A stretch of DNA of 64,000 nt from assembly GCF_018977255.1 (NCBI RefSeq), contig NW_024704742.1:94738001-94802000 (forward strand), given 5' to 3'. Numbering within the stretch: the stretch's first letter is position 1; every line of letters starts with the position of its first letter. This DNA comes from Callorhinchus milii. Lineage: Eukaryota. A program made the translations under genes and the position numbers. Below the pieces are notes generated by a model. It did not search any database. It was not told the origin of the DNA and was given only the letters and a program-made list of their open reading frames with translations. Below are positions 12,551 to 25,085 of this stretch, in pieces.

Positions 12551-13266
12551 AGTGAGTTTGTGAGTATAGTTCTTGATGGTGTAAGGGTCATGGTGGAGTC
12601 TAGGTAAATCTCCCATCACAAGAGAATGTTAATCTTCTGATGGAAAACATGGTGCCATGCCAATGCTGAACAGGCACTTGATTTTCCCTCACATTGCTAT
12701 TAAAAAAAATACTACTAATACATATTATTTGGCAATTCAGAGGCTATAATGGAAAGGAAGATAAAGTCTTATAGTATTGAGAGACAATTCTATAAGAGCT
12801 ACAATGGTGTGTGTGTGTAGTGGAGGGCAGGGAAAAGGGTGGGTGGGTGGAAACAAAGAAATCAGACGGGCTCATAAGGAAACAAAACACAAATTCCTTT
12901 TACAAGGAAGAAAAACCATTGAGTGGAAAGAACTATAAACAGTGACACTACTACCCGGACCAAACTGGTGTACTTCAATTAGTGCCACTGTCCCAGCAAT
13001 TTCACCATGCTTTGCTATATGCAGAAGGAGGTGCTGTTGCTACAGATCACTGACCTGAACACTAAACATTGTTACTGAGGGTATTTCACAATAGTAAAGC
13101 TTCTGGTACAAGCTTCCAGTGTCCGAGGCTTCCTAATCTGATTGAACAAGCATTGAAACAGTTTATTAAAAATATTAAATTGTTTTAAAAATGTTAAAAT
13201 GAAATTGCAAGTTGTTAAATTGTGTGTAATTCACTAACTGACTTTAGCTGCTCAGTAGCACTGTAG

Positions 13267-13385
13267 CCTGAAATTCCACCTAATTTTAGCCTGTAAAACC
13301 AATTTTGTATGCCACAGATCCGTGAAAACATTGTGAGTTCAGGCTTAATTTGGAAGCTGTTTTTTCCACAGTTATTGAAACATAA
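13267..13385. mobile_element. Single arm of a palindromic MITE-like element
   Basis: CCTGAAATTCCACCTAATTTTAGCCTGTAAAAC...TAATTTGGAAGC matches the reverse complement of ~17435-17548. Confidence 0.6.
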
Positions 13386-13799
13386 CAGTGATACAAAGAT
13401 GTATTTCGAGAGAAGCATAGGGAAGCCAATGTCAAGCTATTAAGGTGTCAGGCAAATGTGGTGCATTGAATCAATCAAGACATTTCTTAGATGTTTTTAA
13501 GTGGCTGTGGTTTCTTATTGACTACAAAACAATATTGTTGACTGTATTGAAGTGGTTAAAAGAGAGGGGAGGAGAAAACATTAGGAGTGTTGATCTGAGA
13601 TTTTTTTTAACCAACCTTGCTGCCTAAATCCCTAGTTTTACATTTAGTAAATGTATCTGACTCCCAGTAAAAAATGGCAACTTTTCCCAAATGTAAATAA
13701 AAGTTTCTTTCAGAATATTATGTTTGCCGTTTGTTCTTGTCTGATCTATTCATGTTTAGTGCTGTAGAATTCAAAAGGCAATATGTAGCAGCAATATAC

Positions 13800-14122
13800 G
13801 CTGTGCAATAAATGCTAAGCAGCATTGTTGGAGGTGCTGTCTTTCAAATGAGACATTAAACTCAGGTCCTGTCTGCCTGTTCATCCCATGGCATTATTCA
13901 AAAAGAGAAGAGTGTTTCTCCTGGTGTTCTGACCAACAATCCCTCATATAATTTTTTTTTAAAACTTCCTGACTCTTTGTGGGACATTGTTTTGTGCAAA
14001 CTGGCTGTCATGTTCACTGACAAAGTACTCACTGCACTTTACAATAAATCCTATGAAACACTTTGAGATGAACTTCTGATGTGAATGGTGGTACATCAAA
14101 TGCAAAATTATTGTTATTATTA
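13800..14122 (+). mobile_element. Deu-domain SINE, degenerate
   Basis: GGAGGTGCTGTCTTTCAAATGAGACATTAAAC...ATCCCATGGCATTATT...GAAGAG resembles the Deu domain of AmnSINE1/SacSINE1 (recalled consensus); L2-type tail. Confidence 0.75.
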
Positions 14123-14887
14123 TTGAAAGAAGATAGCACAAGAAGAAACCAAATTGCCTGGAAAATAGAGTTTGTGGATTTTTGTAAAAATCCTCATACT
14201 TATTAGGTGGCCCAGGATTATGTTATTTTCCTTTTAATTCTGCACAACATTGTCATCTCATAATTGCAGGGATAGATCTGTGAAAGAGCAATCGTTTTGA
14301 GTTATGTGTTGAAATGGCAATTCCTTGAATCACTAAAGTTGTGTACAATTTTCATTTTTCTTCTTTAAACATGACAACACCGTATCACTTTCAAAATCAT
14401 TTCCCCTTAGGCTAGTTTGAAAATAACTGCAGTGCCTGCAAACCTTCAGTCATTACTAATACGAGAAAGGTTTTTGTAGCTGAACCAGTCTGCCATTTAA
14501 TAATGTGGTGACAGTAAAAACAAAATGCCACTCGCAAAGAAACGGGATTAAGTTTACGAAAAAAAACGCAAATAAACTAAAATACTAACATCTGTGAGTT
14601 TCAGCTGATCTCACCAAAGGGACGTTTTAAAGGAATGAAGAAGTAATCATTCTTTTTCAGTGCTATTCCTTTTCATTTCGTAACATAAACAAGCCCTGGA
14701 GAAAGCCAGTGTGGGCTCAGTTTCCCTGCGATGGATACACTTTGTCTTCACTCTATTCTTTTCATGGCTAATTGTTTTTTGCCTCACTTTCTTGCAGATT
14801 GGTTTCTGCTGATGTTTCCATAAGCTTAGAAACTGGGTGCCCTAAAAGTCTCACCTTCGCTTTCAGTCCATTTGTTGACTATCCTGT

Positions 14888-15135
14888 TTGGAGCTGAACT
14901 GGCTCCAAGGTGACATGCCTGGCAACTGAATGTCGGAATCGACACCCACTGTGGTGATCTCGGTAGTCTGGTTCCTGAGCCAGGCGGGTCCGCAGTATTC
15001 CAGGGTGCTGCTGATGACAGCACAGCCAGCCTGACTCATCGGCAGAACCTGGAAGGGCAGACCAGTCACGGGGGGCAGGGAGTCATCCCACTCAGCTCCT
15101 GTTAACCCTGACAGCCAAAGCCATAATGGGTAGGG
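14888..15135 (+). mobile_element. Unassigned structured interspersed repeat, copy A left part
   Basis: Aligns to 57065-57291 (e.g. GTTCCTGAGCCAGGCGGGT, TGCTGATGACAG, AGCCAAAGCCC). Confidence 0.75.
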
Positions 15136-15429
15136 TGGGTACTTGAAATGGCATCTGACAGAGCCTGGAGTTGTGAGGATGTCCCCAAACAGGATTGCAA
15201 AAACAGGGGAAAAAAAATGTTTTTTGCAATCCAGACAAGTGGGAACCACAGGGTGCAACTGGAGCAGCGCAGGGAGCCTGGAACCTGGAGCCTGGAGCTT
15301 TTGGGCTCACAATCTCCCATGGCAAGCGTGCCTGGAGTGGAGACCGAGGCCTATAGGCAAGGCCCTACCTGGAGCGAGGCTTCAAGGCCTACAAGCGAGG
15401 CGCTACCTGGAGCTCTTGGGCTTACGACG

Positions 15430-16961
15430 TTACAACCCTAGGATGCTCTTCTCCAACACCAACCGGCTCCTCTGCATTTCCTCTCATGCCTCCCCCATTC
15501 TCTCCTCCAACGCCAACTGCGAGGAGATGCTAGACTTCTTCGAAACCAAAGTCGAGGGGATCTGCTCAGCTGTCTCTGCCCTTCTGACTACTCCACCTCC
15601 CCATCTCCCACTCACACCCCAGCCCCTACCCACCCCTCCCTCCACACCTTTGATCCTGTCTCCCCCTCCTCTCTCACCTCCACCATAACCCACATGAAAC
15701 CGACCACCTGCTCCCTTGACCCCATCCCTACCCCCCTCCTTACCGCTCAGCTCCACCTCCTTGCCCCCTACTCACTGACATCATAAACCTCTCCCTGTCC
15801 ACTGTAACCGTTCCCACACCTTTAAAAACGGCCGTCATCTCTCCCATCCTTAAAAAAACCCTCACTGAGAACCCTGTTCTCAAATTAATGCCCCTTCTCC
15901 AACCTCCGTTTCCTTTCCAAGGTCCTGGAATGAGTTGTTGCTTCCCAGCTTCACTCCTTCGTCTCCCACCACTCCCTTCTCGATACCCCTCCAATCGGGT
16001 TTTCGTGCCACCCACAGCACAGAAACAGCCCTGGTCAAAGTGACAAATGACATTCTGTCCATCTGCGACCAGGGCTCCCTCTGCCTCCTCGTCCTCCTTG
16101 ACTTCTCTGTTGCCTTCGATACTGTTGACAACTCTAACTTCCTCCACCGCTTCTCCTCTCACCTCAACCTTCATGCTTGTGTTCTTAAATGGTTCAGATC
16201 ATACCTCTCACAACGTCTCCACTTCATCTCCACAAACAATTTCTCCTCTAGCCTCCGCACCATATCATGCGGTGTTCCTCAGGGCTCTGGCTTTGTCTCC
16301 TCCTCTTCACTATATGCTCCCTCTTGGTGACATCATCTGCAGACATGGAGTCAACTTCCACAAGTATGCGGATGACACCCAACTCTACCTCTCTGCCTCC
16401 ACCCTTGACTCCAGGATCACTGCTGTGCTGACAGAATGTCTGTCAGACATCAAGTCCTGGATGAGAGCTAACTTCCTTCAGCTGAACATCAACAAGACTG
16501 AGGCCCTCCTGATTGGCTCCCATCAGCACCTCCGCACCTCAGCATTACCATCTGAGGATGCATACACCACCTCATTGAGCCAGTCCGGAACCTTGGTGTC
16601 TTGTTTGACCCTCAACTGTCCTGTCTACCTCACATCTGTACCATGACTCCCTTGTGGAGTCCTGTAGTTCAGTGGTTAGAGCACTCGCTTTGCAAGCGAG
16701 AGACCCGAGTTCAATTCCAGGCAGAGGGCGAAACCTTGGGCAAGTTTCCTTACTCCACACAGAGCCTAATAATAATCCCTCCAAAACCAAAAACAATGAT
16801 AAATTGGTCATTTTCAATCTGCGACTGTTTGTGGGACATTGCTGTGCGCAATTGGCTGCCGCGTTCGCCCACAAATATACAGTTAATTCACTTTACAGTA
16901 TATTCTGTGAAGCGATTTGGGATGTCCTCCCGACCTGAAAAGCGCTATATCAAATGCAATG

Positions 16962-17026
<65 letters not shown>

Positions 17027-17060
17027 CTGCCTTCCCCCACCTCCGTAACATCATCCCAAC
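15430..17060 (+). mobile_element. L2 LINE ORF2 fragment (decayed RT) interrupted by a SINE
   Basis: NPRMLFSNTNRLL, QSGFRATHSTETALVKVTNDIL, LLDFSVAFDTVD, GVPQGS, YADDTQLY, NFLQLNINKTE; L2 sequence resumes after the SINE tail at 17027. Confidence 0.93.
16656..17026 (+). mobile_element. Young tRNA-headed SINE (short subfamily) with long (TTA)n tail
   Basis: GGAGTCCTGTAGTTCAGTGGTTAGAGCA (A box) and GAGTTCAATTCC (B box), L2-shared tail, about 22 ATT units. Confidence 0.95.
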
Positions 17061-17062
17061 CT

Positions 17063-17270
17063 GTTGCCAACCTGTGCCTAATACTTTCCGGAATTAGGTA
17101 AGCAGGATGCGTCACTCCAGGAAGAGAATGCGCATTCCATTCCAATAATCTATCTCTGGGATTTCTATTGTAGGTGGGAGGCATGGAAACTTCAGCTTGG
17201 TTTGGATACTCTTAAGCATGGTGATGGGTTTCCACATGTGTCAGGCACCCAGCTGATGCCCCACAAAACT
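17063..17270 (+). mobile_element. Unassigned structured interspersed repeat, copy A right part
   Basis: CCTGTGCCTAATACTTTCCGGAATTAGGTAAGCAGG shared with 57412-57447 and, on the minus strand, with 32036-32071 and 61334-61369. Confidence 0.8.
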
Positions 17271-17341
17271 ATTGTCCACACAGCAATGTCGCACAAACAT
17301 CCATGAAGTGAATGATCAATATGGTATCAAGAGAAACAGGC

Positions 17342-17548
17342 TAAAACCATTTTGTCTTAAAATTCACGATTGCGCAGAATTGTGGGAAATTCTTAAATCA
17401 AGTCTTAATTTGTGAGCCAGTTCTTTTTAGGAACTGTAGAAAAGTGCTTCCAAATTACGACTGAATTGAAGTATTTTCCATAAATCTGCATCATCTTAAA
17501 CTTTAAGTCAAAATAGTCTTACAGGCTAAGACTAGGTGGATTTTCAGG
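17342..17548. mobile_element. Degenerate palindromic MITE-like element
   Basis: Arms 17346-17412 and 17451-17517 are ungapped inverted repeats, 51/67 identical by my count. Confidence 0.7.
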
Positions 17549-17826
17549 TCTCCGCTGCCCACAGATTTATTTGAACAAAATTACAAGGAATATCATTATT
17601 AGGTTCATGTTATATTATAACTCTTTCATGATTCAATTGTACCATATGATATAAACAGAAGGCACTGCGAACACATGGGGAATTGAGTTTATATCCCTCT
17701 TGTGGTACTGGGCATAACTCACAAATGACTCTCCCATATGGATAATTTAAAGTAAATATCAGTTATTTAACTAAATGATATCCCATAGGTCTTAGTAATG
17801 TTTCCTCCATACAGTATTATAGGATC

Positions 17827-17905
17827 TATTATGTGCCATGTGTAAAATGTATGTTTATTATGTGCCATGTGTAAAATGTATGTTTATTATGTGCCATGTA
17901 TAAAT
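17827..17905. repeat. 29-bp minisatellite, about 2.7 copies
   Basis: TATTATGTGCCATGTGTAAAATGTATGTT at 17827 and 17856, partial at 17885. Confidence 0.9.
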
Positions 17906-17994
17906 CATATGTAATAAAAATGTATGGAGGGAATTACATTGCCCTTAATTATGCACCAAACAACCAAAGAAAAGAATTTAAGATGGGAGGGCAT

Positions 17995-18245
17995 CTCAGC
18001 CTGGCTCTGTTGGTAGAACTCATTTTCCTGAGTCAGAAGTTTGTGGGTTCGAGCCCCATGTTGGGACATTACAATTTATATAGTCTGCATTGCCACTCAC
18101 TCTAATGCATTATTGGAGCTGCCATTCTTTGGATGAAATGTTAAACCAAGGTTCTGTCTGCCTGAACAGGTGAGCACTAAGAATCCCACAGCACTATTTT
18201 AAGAGAAGGGAGTTTCTCCTGGGTGTTAGCCAGCAATCCCCCAAA
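17995..18245 (+). mobile_element. Deu-domain SINE with tRNA-like head
   Basis: GGCTCTGTTGGTAGAAC...GGGTTCGAGCCC head followed by the Deu domain (TTAAACCAAGG...ATCCCACAGCACTATTT). Confidence 0.75.
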
Positions 18246-19727
18246 TTAAATTGGTTGCTTAACTCAAGGCAAGGACCCACACCCCATCATTTGCAGTGCA
18301 ATGCATTGCAGCCCTCGTGCAAGACTTTCTGATTGTGGCTGTCGACAAAATGTAGGTAACACTACTCTGCAGGGCACTGTGAAATGTATACAATCCTCTT
18401 ATGCTCGATGTGCAAGGGCTTGATGCTGATAACAACAATCAAGGACAAAATTACATTTGTATAGAGCTTTTCACAGTGGTTTTGGGAGAAAACCCACACT
18501 TTCCCAGCATTCACCTCAAAATATAATAACAATTATGAATAATTCTTGCATTTGATCTGCTGAGATGAAAGCGCTTTTCATGTTGGCAGGGTGTCTCAAA
18601 GCGTTTTGCAGGATTTACTCTGAGGTGTAGTGACTATAGTTTCGAAAATGCACTAAATAAGGTATGTTTTGAAATAACGAACATGTGTAAAATATTTTCA
18701 AATCTGAAACTGAAGTCTTCATCTACAAAATTAGCTCACACTGGCTCGTTTATCATTCTGCCATTTGTTTCTCTGAACCTCTTGTTGTTGAGATCATACT
18801 TTTACAACCTTTTACATAACAAAAAAGTGGCTTTTTTCCTCCTAAGCTGATGACCATCACACGTGAAGTCTTCTATTAGTGTGTAAAAAAATTGTAAACC
18901 AACCTCAATCTTAATTAGGCTCTACGGATTAAATTCCGCAGCATTTATTATTCTCCTCCGAGTCAGACAATGAGTTGGTATTCAAGTAGTAAGTCACTTG
19001 AAATGTAACCATTATTGTGTCGATGCTTCTCATCCCCTTATCTCAGGGATCCTATCACCCAAGCTGCAGTATCACTTTCTGAGAGTCTTTTAAAGGTTAT
19101 TTTGAAATCTCTGAAGAACCATGTTTCCTCCCCCAAGCCCCATGTGAATTTCTGCAAGGGGGTTAATTTCCATTCATGGCAATTTTACGTTTAAATTCCA
19201 GCTACAATGTTAATGCATTAATCGTTGCGGAAAGTCATGCTCCTAAAAGCTGAATGAATTAGATTACTGGTTGTATTATTTTACTTTATTTAATTTAACT
19301 AACAGCAGCAGGAACATAATTGGGAAAGGGATACTGCAGTTTGAAAATACTAAATTATGAGAAAGAAGAATGAAAAATAATTCGGAGGCTGATGGCATAA
19401 TGACTGTCCTTTTCTTGGCATGGACTTTGGTTTAAAATCTTTGCAAATGCTGTCCTAATCTCCTAGTAGGACTGAGGTCTGCACCTGTGTTATTTTCTGA
19501 ATCCATATCAGCAGCAATAAATTTCAATAAACTACATTACAATAATAATCCTTGCATTTGATATAGCGCATTATCACGTCGTTGAGACGTCCGAATATAC
19601 TCCAAAGTGCTGCTGTTCCTACTACAGCATTATCAGGCTGGGCTGATAATAACAATAATAATCCTGGCATTTCATGGAGTGCCTCTTCTCAAAGCATTTC
19701 ACGGAATTTTACTGCAATGTAGTGACT

Positions 19728-20053
19728 ATAATAATAATAATAATAATAATCCTTGCATTTGATATAGCGCTTTTCACGTCGGGAGGACGTCCCAAAGCGC
19801 TTCACAGAACACACTGTAAAGTGAATTGACTGTATATATTTGTGAGCGAACGCGGCAGCCAATTGCGCACAGCAATGTCCCACAAACAGTCGTAGATTGA
19901 AAATGACCAATTTATTATTGTTTTTGGTTTTGGAGGGATTATTATTAGACGTATGGAGTAAGGAAACTTGCCCAAGGTTTCGCCCTGCCTGGAATTGAAC
20001 TCAGGTCTCTCACTTGCAAAGCGAGTGCTCTAACCACTGAGCTATAGGACTCC
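19728..20053 (-). mobile_element. Young tRNA-headed SINE (short subfamily)
   Basis: Near-identical reverse complement of 33626-33946. Confidence 0.95.
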
Positions 20054-20054
20054 A

Positions 20055-20375
20055 CTGTGTATTTTGTAGGTATACATAAAAGCCAATTTGCTCGCAAGTA
20101 GTATCCCACAAACAATCCTGAAGTCAATTTATTTGGGAAATTGTTGCCCAGGCCATAAGGAGAAACTCTCTTCCCTTTTTGAATAATGCCATGGGATCCT
20201 TAACATCCACCTGTACAGGCAGTCTGGGCTTTGGTTTAACTTCTCATCTGAAGTATGGCAACTCCAACAATACTGCACTCACCCAGCACTGGATTGGAGC
20301 ATCAGGCTAAACTATATCAGTTCCAAGACCCGACTGGATTTGAACCCACAACCTTCGAACTGAGTTAGGCTGTCA
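20055..20375 (-). mobile_element. Deu-domain SINE
   Basis: AATAATGCCATGGGATCCTTAACATCCACCTG...GGTTTAAC is the reverse complement of the Deu domain; head near 20340-20370. Confidence 0.75.
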
Positions 20376-20384
20376 CAAAAACTC

Positions 20385-20650
20385 GCAATGCTTCACCCTG
20401 TTGTCAACAGAAGCCAGCAGTCATTACTGTATAAGACTTATTAATTTTGTTTTAATTAATATAATGAATTATGAGTACATTTGTATTGGGACTCACACCC
20501 ACTAGGAACTTGACTGAAACTGATTATCTGTTACACACAACAATTGTATAACTCTTAAAACCACCAGACAAGCGATCCATCATTCTTAGGCTGGATTGGA
20601 ACCCACTTGCAGAATTCAAAGGAAGCCTACTGTGTGACCCATTGCCTCCG
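20385..20650 (-). mobile_element. LF-SINE-like relic
   Basis: Minus-strand GGGTTCCAATCCAGCC (20589-20604) and TCAGTCAAGTTCCTAGTGG (20499-20517) match the recalled LF-SINE consensus in the expected order. Confidence 0.55.
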
Positions 20651-21994
20651 CACTTAACCATATTTTGTTTCGCAGGTTGACGGATATTTTGACTAAATGA
20701 AGTTAATGGTTACAATCTGGAAAGAATAGCACAATAGCGTTGCACATAATTATCACAGTATGTACGCTGGCTACACAAACTGTAGTTGCAAGTTTCTCTC
20801 TTGTCACCCTGTTGATTATATTAGTTTGCTGTTTGCCACCCTCCTCATCATAGCTGCTGGTTGTTGCCAGTCAGCCCTCCATTGAATCTCCTGACAGCTA
20901 GCTTGGCAGGGATTGAGCTATTGGGTACCAGGCAGCTCAAATCTCTTTTTTCTCCCATTTGCCTTGTCCCAAAATTGAACTTGGGGTAAAGCTCTAACTA
21001 TTGACATGTTAGTTACCTTTTTTTCTGTTAAATCTGAATGCTAACACTTGATAAAAATTGTTTTAATGCTTTACGCCTATCAATAATTCATTATGCAAAG
21101 TGTAACTTCGAAGTAATAATTCCAAATTAATTGAAACATCCAAAAACAATTTTCCGCATAGCAGTAATAGATAAAGGCACAAGCTCATTGCTGGCGATTC
21201 CATGCCTGTGTTCCTCATAGATTACAAGTGCTTGCTATCAGTACGTTTTTGCCAGGGAATTACCCAGTCTGGGTAAAGTAGGAATGACAAGAGAAGACAA
21301 CAGGAGTGAAATTGAGGTTCTGCTGCAAAAGGAATCGCTGCTCAAGAAAGAATATAGTTAATGGTACCAAAAGAGATTTCTTTGTTATGTGAACTGCATC
21401 TCCTACAGGGAAACCCATGTGTGTCACAGTACCTACTGTAACTTGTGAGACCTTGGCTTTGAGGCTAACTCTAGTCAGAACTGAGATCTTGCAAGTTGGC
21501 ATGACCTATATTTAGTTCTCTATGTTAAACTTAGTTAAGGTTAAGGTGCGCTTCTTCCAGCGGTGAGGCACCAGTATAATAATAGTCATCCTCCCTTTGC
21601 AGGATTTACTGCAAAGTGTAGTGACAGTAGTTGTAGGCAAACGCGGCAGCCAATATGTGCACAGCAAAGCCCCACAAGTAGCCATGACGTGAATGAAAAA
21701 TCTTTGCTGTCTTCTTTGGTTTAAGTCAATTTATTACATTTCCACTAAAGAGGTGGCTGGCAGTAGGCATAGATATGGCATAATTCTGAGGCATTCCTTC
21801 TGCTTCCCTGAGAGACCATTTTCTTAACCTCAATGTCCTTTTGATTTGAGGGAGAGGGAATTTCTGCCGCAATAAGTGTAATTTCAGAAAGGTGCACGAG
21901 GAAGGCGATGAAGACGACGCAAAGGCAATCAAGAAAAGTGAAAGAGCAGGAATATATTACAAAGAGACATGAAAGCAAAGAGGCAACAAGAAGA

Positions 21995-22535
21995 ACAAAT
22001 TGCATTTATATAACACCTTTCACGTCGGAAGGAAGTCCCAAGGTGCTGGACAGTTAAGGGTTTGCAACCCTAACCCTTACCCCTGAGCTGGGGATTGGAA
22101 TCAAGAGGGTTGGAGGATAGGGGGAGTGGGGGTGTGACCGAAGGCATGGTCAAAGAGGAAGGTCTTGAAATGGGCCTTGAGGCAGAGATAACACAGGTGA
22201 CACCGAGTCTGAAGGCTCAAGCTTCTCCTCTGCTCACCCATTTTACTTGACTAATTGGGATTGCTGCATGACCCTCACCCTACCCCACGCCACCATCGGT
22301 GGCTGTGCTTTCCAATTCTATGCCCCTAACCACTGGAACTTCCTCCCTCAATCCCTCCAACTCATTCCCTTTCTATCTGACTTCAAATCTGTCCTTAAAA
22401 CCTCTCTTTGACCACGCCTATGGTCACCTTCCCATTCCACCACCACCAACCCTCAGCTCGGCATCTGAACCTGTCACTCTAAAGCAATCTGAGACGATGT
22501 TCTACTTAGGAACTCTGCATAACTGCAAGTTGTCG
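21995..22535. mobile_element. Two divergently oriented L2 3' fragments (minus ~21995-22190, plus ~22270-22535)
   Basis: Each carries the L2 3' region and tail. Confidence 0.65.
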
Positions 22536-23081
22536 CTCACGAGCAGAGCTCAAGAGATACCATTAAAACACGGAAGGCAAAAAAAAAATCGATAACAATT
22601 TGACATTTTTAGGAACATGGGATTATTAGTAATTTTGTAACTTCATTTATTCCTAAAATCTTCTAGGTATCCTCTCTATAACTTAATATGCAGTTTATGC
22701 CATATACATGCCTCCTGCCTGGCACCTCTTTGGTAGACGTTTAATAGACTGATTTGTGCGTTTTGCTATGATCTCTGAAAATGAGTGGATTTACAGCTCT
22801 GATCAGATGAAATTGTTTAAAAATGTCTGGAATTGCTTGTCAGCACAAATCACTCTACAGTTGCAGGGCTGCAAAACAAACACTTTATTAAATAAAACTT
22901 TGATTGATAGCAACATCAATCTGTCTCGTGAATTGAATCGTTTGTGTAGCTTGAGGAGAGCAAGAGGGAGGTGATTTTCTTTTAAACCTGCGGATTTTAG
23001 CTTGTTTCAATTTCAAGATGATCATTTTGTTTTGCAAAACATACTTTGCAAGCTTTGGAACTGAACTTGGCGCTGCTGATA

Positions 23082-23349
23082 AATAATATAATAAATAATC
23101 CTTGCATTTGATAGAGTGCTTTTCATGTCTTCCAGATGTCTCAAAGCGCTTCACTCTGTAAAGTGAATTGACTGCATATTTGTGGGCAAAACGCGGCAGA
23201 CAAGTGACCAAATTATTATTTTTTTATTGAGGGATTATTATCAGGCGTGTGGAGTAAGGAAACTTGCCCAAGGTTTCACCCTGCTGGGAATCGAACCCAG
23301 GCCTCTTTCTGGTGAGGCGAGTGCTCTAACCACTGAACTACAGGACTCC
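23082..23349 (-). mobile_element. tRNA-headed SINE with internal deletion
   Basis: Head (reverse complement of GGAGTCCTGTAG) ending at 23349 plus shared tail. Confidence 0.9.
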
Positions 23350-23889
23350 AGGATAAAAATATTGGCTTCATAATCATTTTAAGCAATTTATGATCCACCC
23401 CAAATGATCAGGTACCACTAATTCATTCACTCACTCAGGTTGAATGTCGGTATATTTCACAAAGGGCAGATAGCTTGAATAGAGGAGATAGTATCAGCAT
23501 TCTATCCAGGTCTCTTTCTTTGCTGTGACATTTTTTTAAGCTTTGTATCACATAGGAAACGATGAGAGGATTCCAAATAAAGCCTTTTAGTTCTGGTGTT
23601 CTCAAACAGCAAACTGGAATACTGTACATCCAAACCTTGTTTATGTGTAATGAGTGGAATAAGTGAGAAAAATACTGCTCATTTCTGTGGATGGCAATTC
23701 AGACCTATCTACCATTTTAAATGAAATAAGTATTTGCTATTTTAAGAAGTTTACTTTATAGCTTTGTCAGGAAAAATTGACAGATGTGGCACAGATACAA
23801 TGGGCTGAACAGCCCTTCTGTGCAGAAATACTTCTATATTTATTGCACTGACTTCGGGATCTTTACAAAGAATGGATTTAAAGGTTAGG

Positions 23890-24143
23890 GTGACCGGTCT
23901 TTCCCGCAGCACTACTTGTGCATTTAGCCACTATGTCTCAAATATCTGGAACTTCCTGTCTCAATCCCTCCATTTTACCCCCTCTATGCCCATCTTCATA
24001 TCACACCTGAAGCCTCTTCTCTTCGACTGTGCCTTCAATCACCAAGCCTTTCTTTTCAGCTCGGGGTCAAACCTCAACATGGTTAAGTGCTGCGAGATAC
24101 TTCTCACGGAAAGTGGGCTATATAAATTGTAAGTTGTTGTTGA
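23890..24143 (+). mobile_element. L2 3' fragment
   Basis: AFSHYVSNIWNFL...HLKPLLFD and (GTT)n tail. Confidence 0.7.
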
Positions 24144-24224
24144 TATCTAATCTCATAATAACGAGATTGTGGGATAAAAATGCATTTTTTGTCAATTTTC
24201 TCGCTTTCTTCAGCCTTTACCTCT

Positions 24225-24380
24225 TCTTTATATGAGTGAACCTAGACAGTGAGAGCTGTTTAAGTGTCACAGTCAAGCTCAACCTTGTCCTTCCCCAATG
24301 TTCACACATCCTCACTACCTGCAGGGGTCACTGGATAATAATCAGTTGCAGGAACGATGGCTGAAACTCCCTCCCACCCT
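24225..24380 (-). mobile_element. Old interspersed repeat, related copy at ~25870-25970 on the + strand
   Basis: GCAGGGGTCACTGGATA...TGGCTGA is the reverse complement of ATCAGCAAGGGTT...CTATCCTGTGACTTGTGC at 25887-25931. Confidence 0.45.
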
Positions 24381-24764
24381 TCCTAATACGTTTTGATTAC
24401 TTCCTGCTTAACCTTCAAGATGGCTTAGCGCTACATGGCAACTGTATCACTAGGCTGCTGGGGAGCAAGGAGAATACTCTTGAGAGGGCCAATATACAAT
24501 TACACAATACAATACAAATTTACATTAGTATAGCACCTTTCACAAAGGGAGGATGAACCAAGGCGCTTAACAATAATGGCTCAGCATTTGAGATGGAGGT
24601 CGGAGCTGAGGGGAGTGGGGAGGAAAAGATTGATGCTATGCTGATGCAGCAAATCTACTGCTGTCTAAAAGCAGCTTTTTGTTCACTCCAAGATATATCT
24701 ACATTACACAAATAGAAATAGGAGAAAGATCCCGACAGATCTTACAGTTGATCAAATATGTTTG

Positions 24765-24985
24765 ATATCAGTTGGTAGCACTCTTGTGTCTGAGTCAGAT
24801 GGTTGTGGGTTCAAGCCCTATGTCAGGACTTTGAACTCACAGTCTTGGCTGACCCTCTATAATGCAGTGCTGCATTGTTGGAGTTGCTGGGCTTCAGATG
24901 AGATATTAAACTGAGTCTGCCTGTTCGGGTGGATGTTTAAGATCCTGTGGCACTATTTGAAAGAGAAAGGAGTTTATCCTGCCAA
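24765..24985 (+). mobile_element. Deu-domain SINE 5' part
   Basis: TCAGTTGGTAGCACTC...GGGTTCAAGCCC head followed by the Deu domain. Confidence 0.75.
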
Positions 24986-25085
24986 TCAATAAAATTGGCC
25001 ATTCACTTCATGGCTGTTATGTTCACTTACACAATACAATCACTACACTGTGACTGTAGCTCACAGCTGTGTGGAGTCCTGTTGT

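Noticed and set aside
14954..15010. Faint 5S rRNA resemblance (TGATCTCGG, GGGTGCTG)
   Set aside because: Short matches with wrong spacing, and TGATCTCGG is absent from copy B
15009..15060. CTGATGA as a hammerhead core or C/D box in the unassigned repeat
   Set aside because: No correctly placed GAAA core or convincing terminal D box; the motif is sequestered in a stem
16601..17101. ORF with a poly-Tyr tract and similar recurring short ORFs
   Set aside because: Translations of SINE bodies and (TTA)n tails
21221..21361. Possible plus-strand terminal exon ITSACYQYVFARELPSLGKVGMTREDNRSEIEVLLQKESLLKKEYS*
   Set aside because: Plausible acceptor but no recognisable homology or partner exons; this length is compatible with chance
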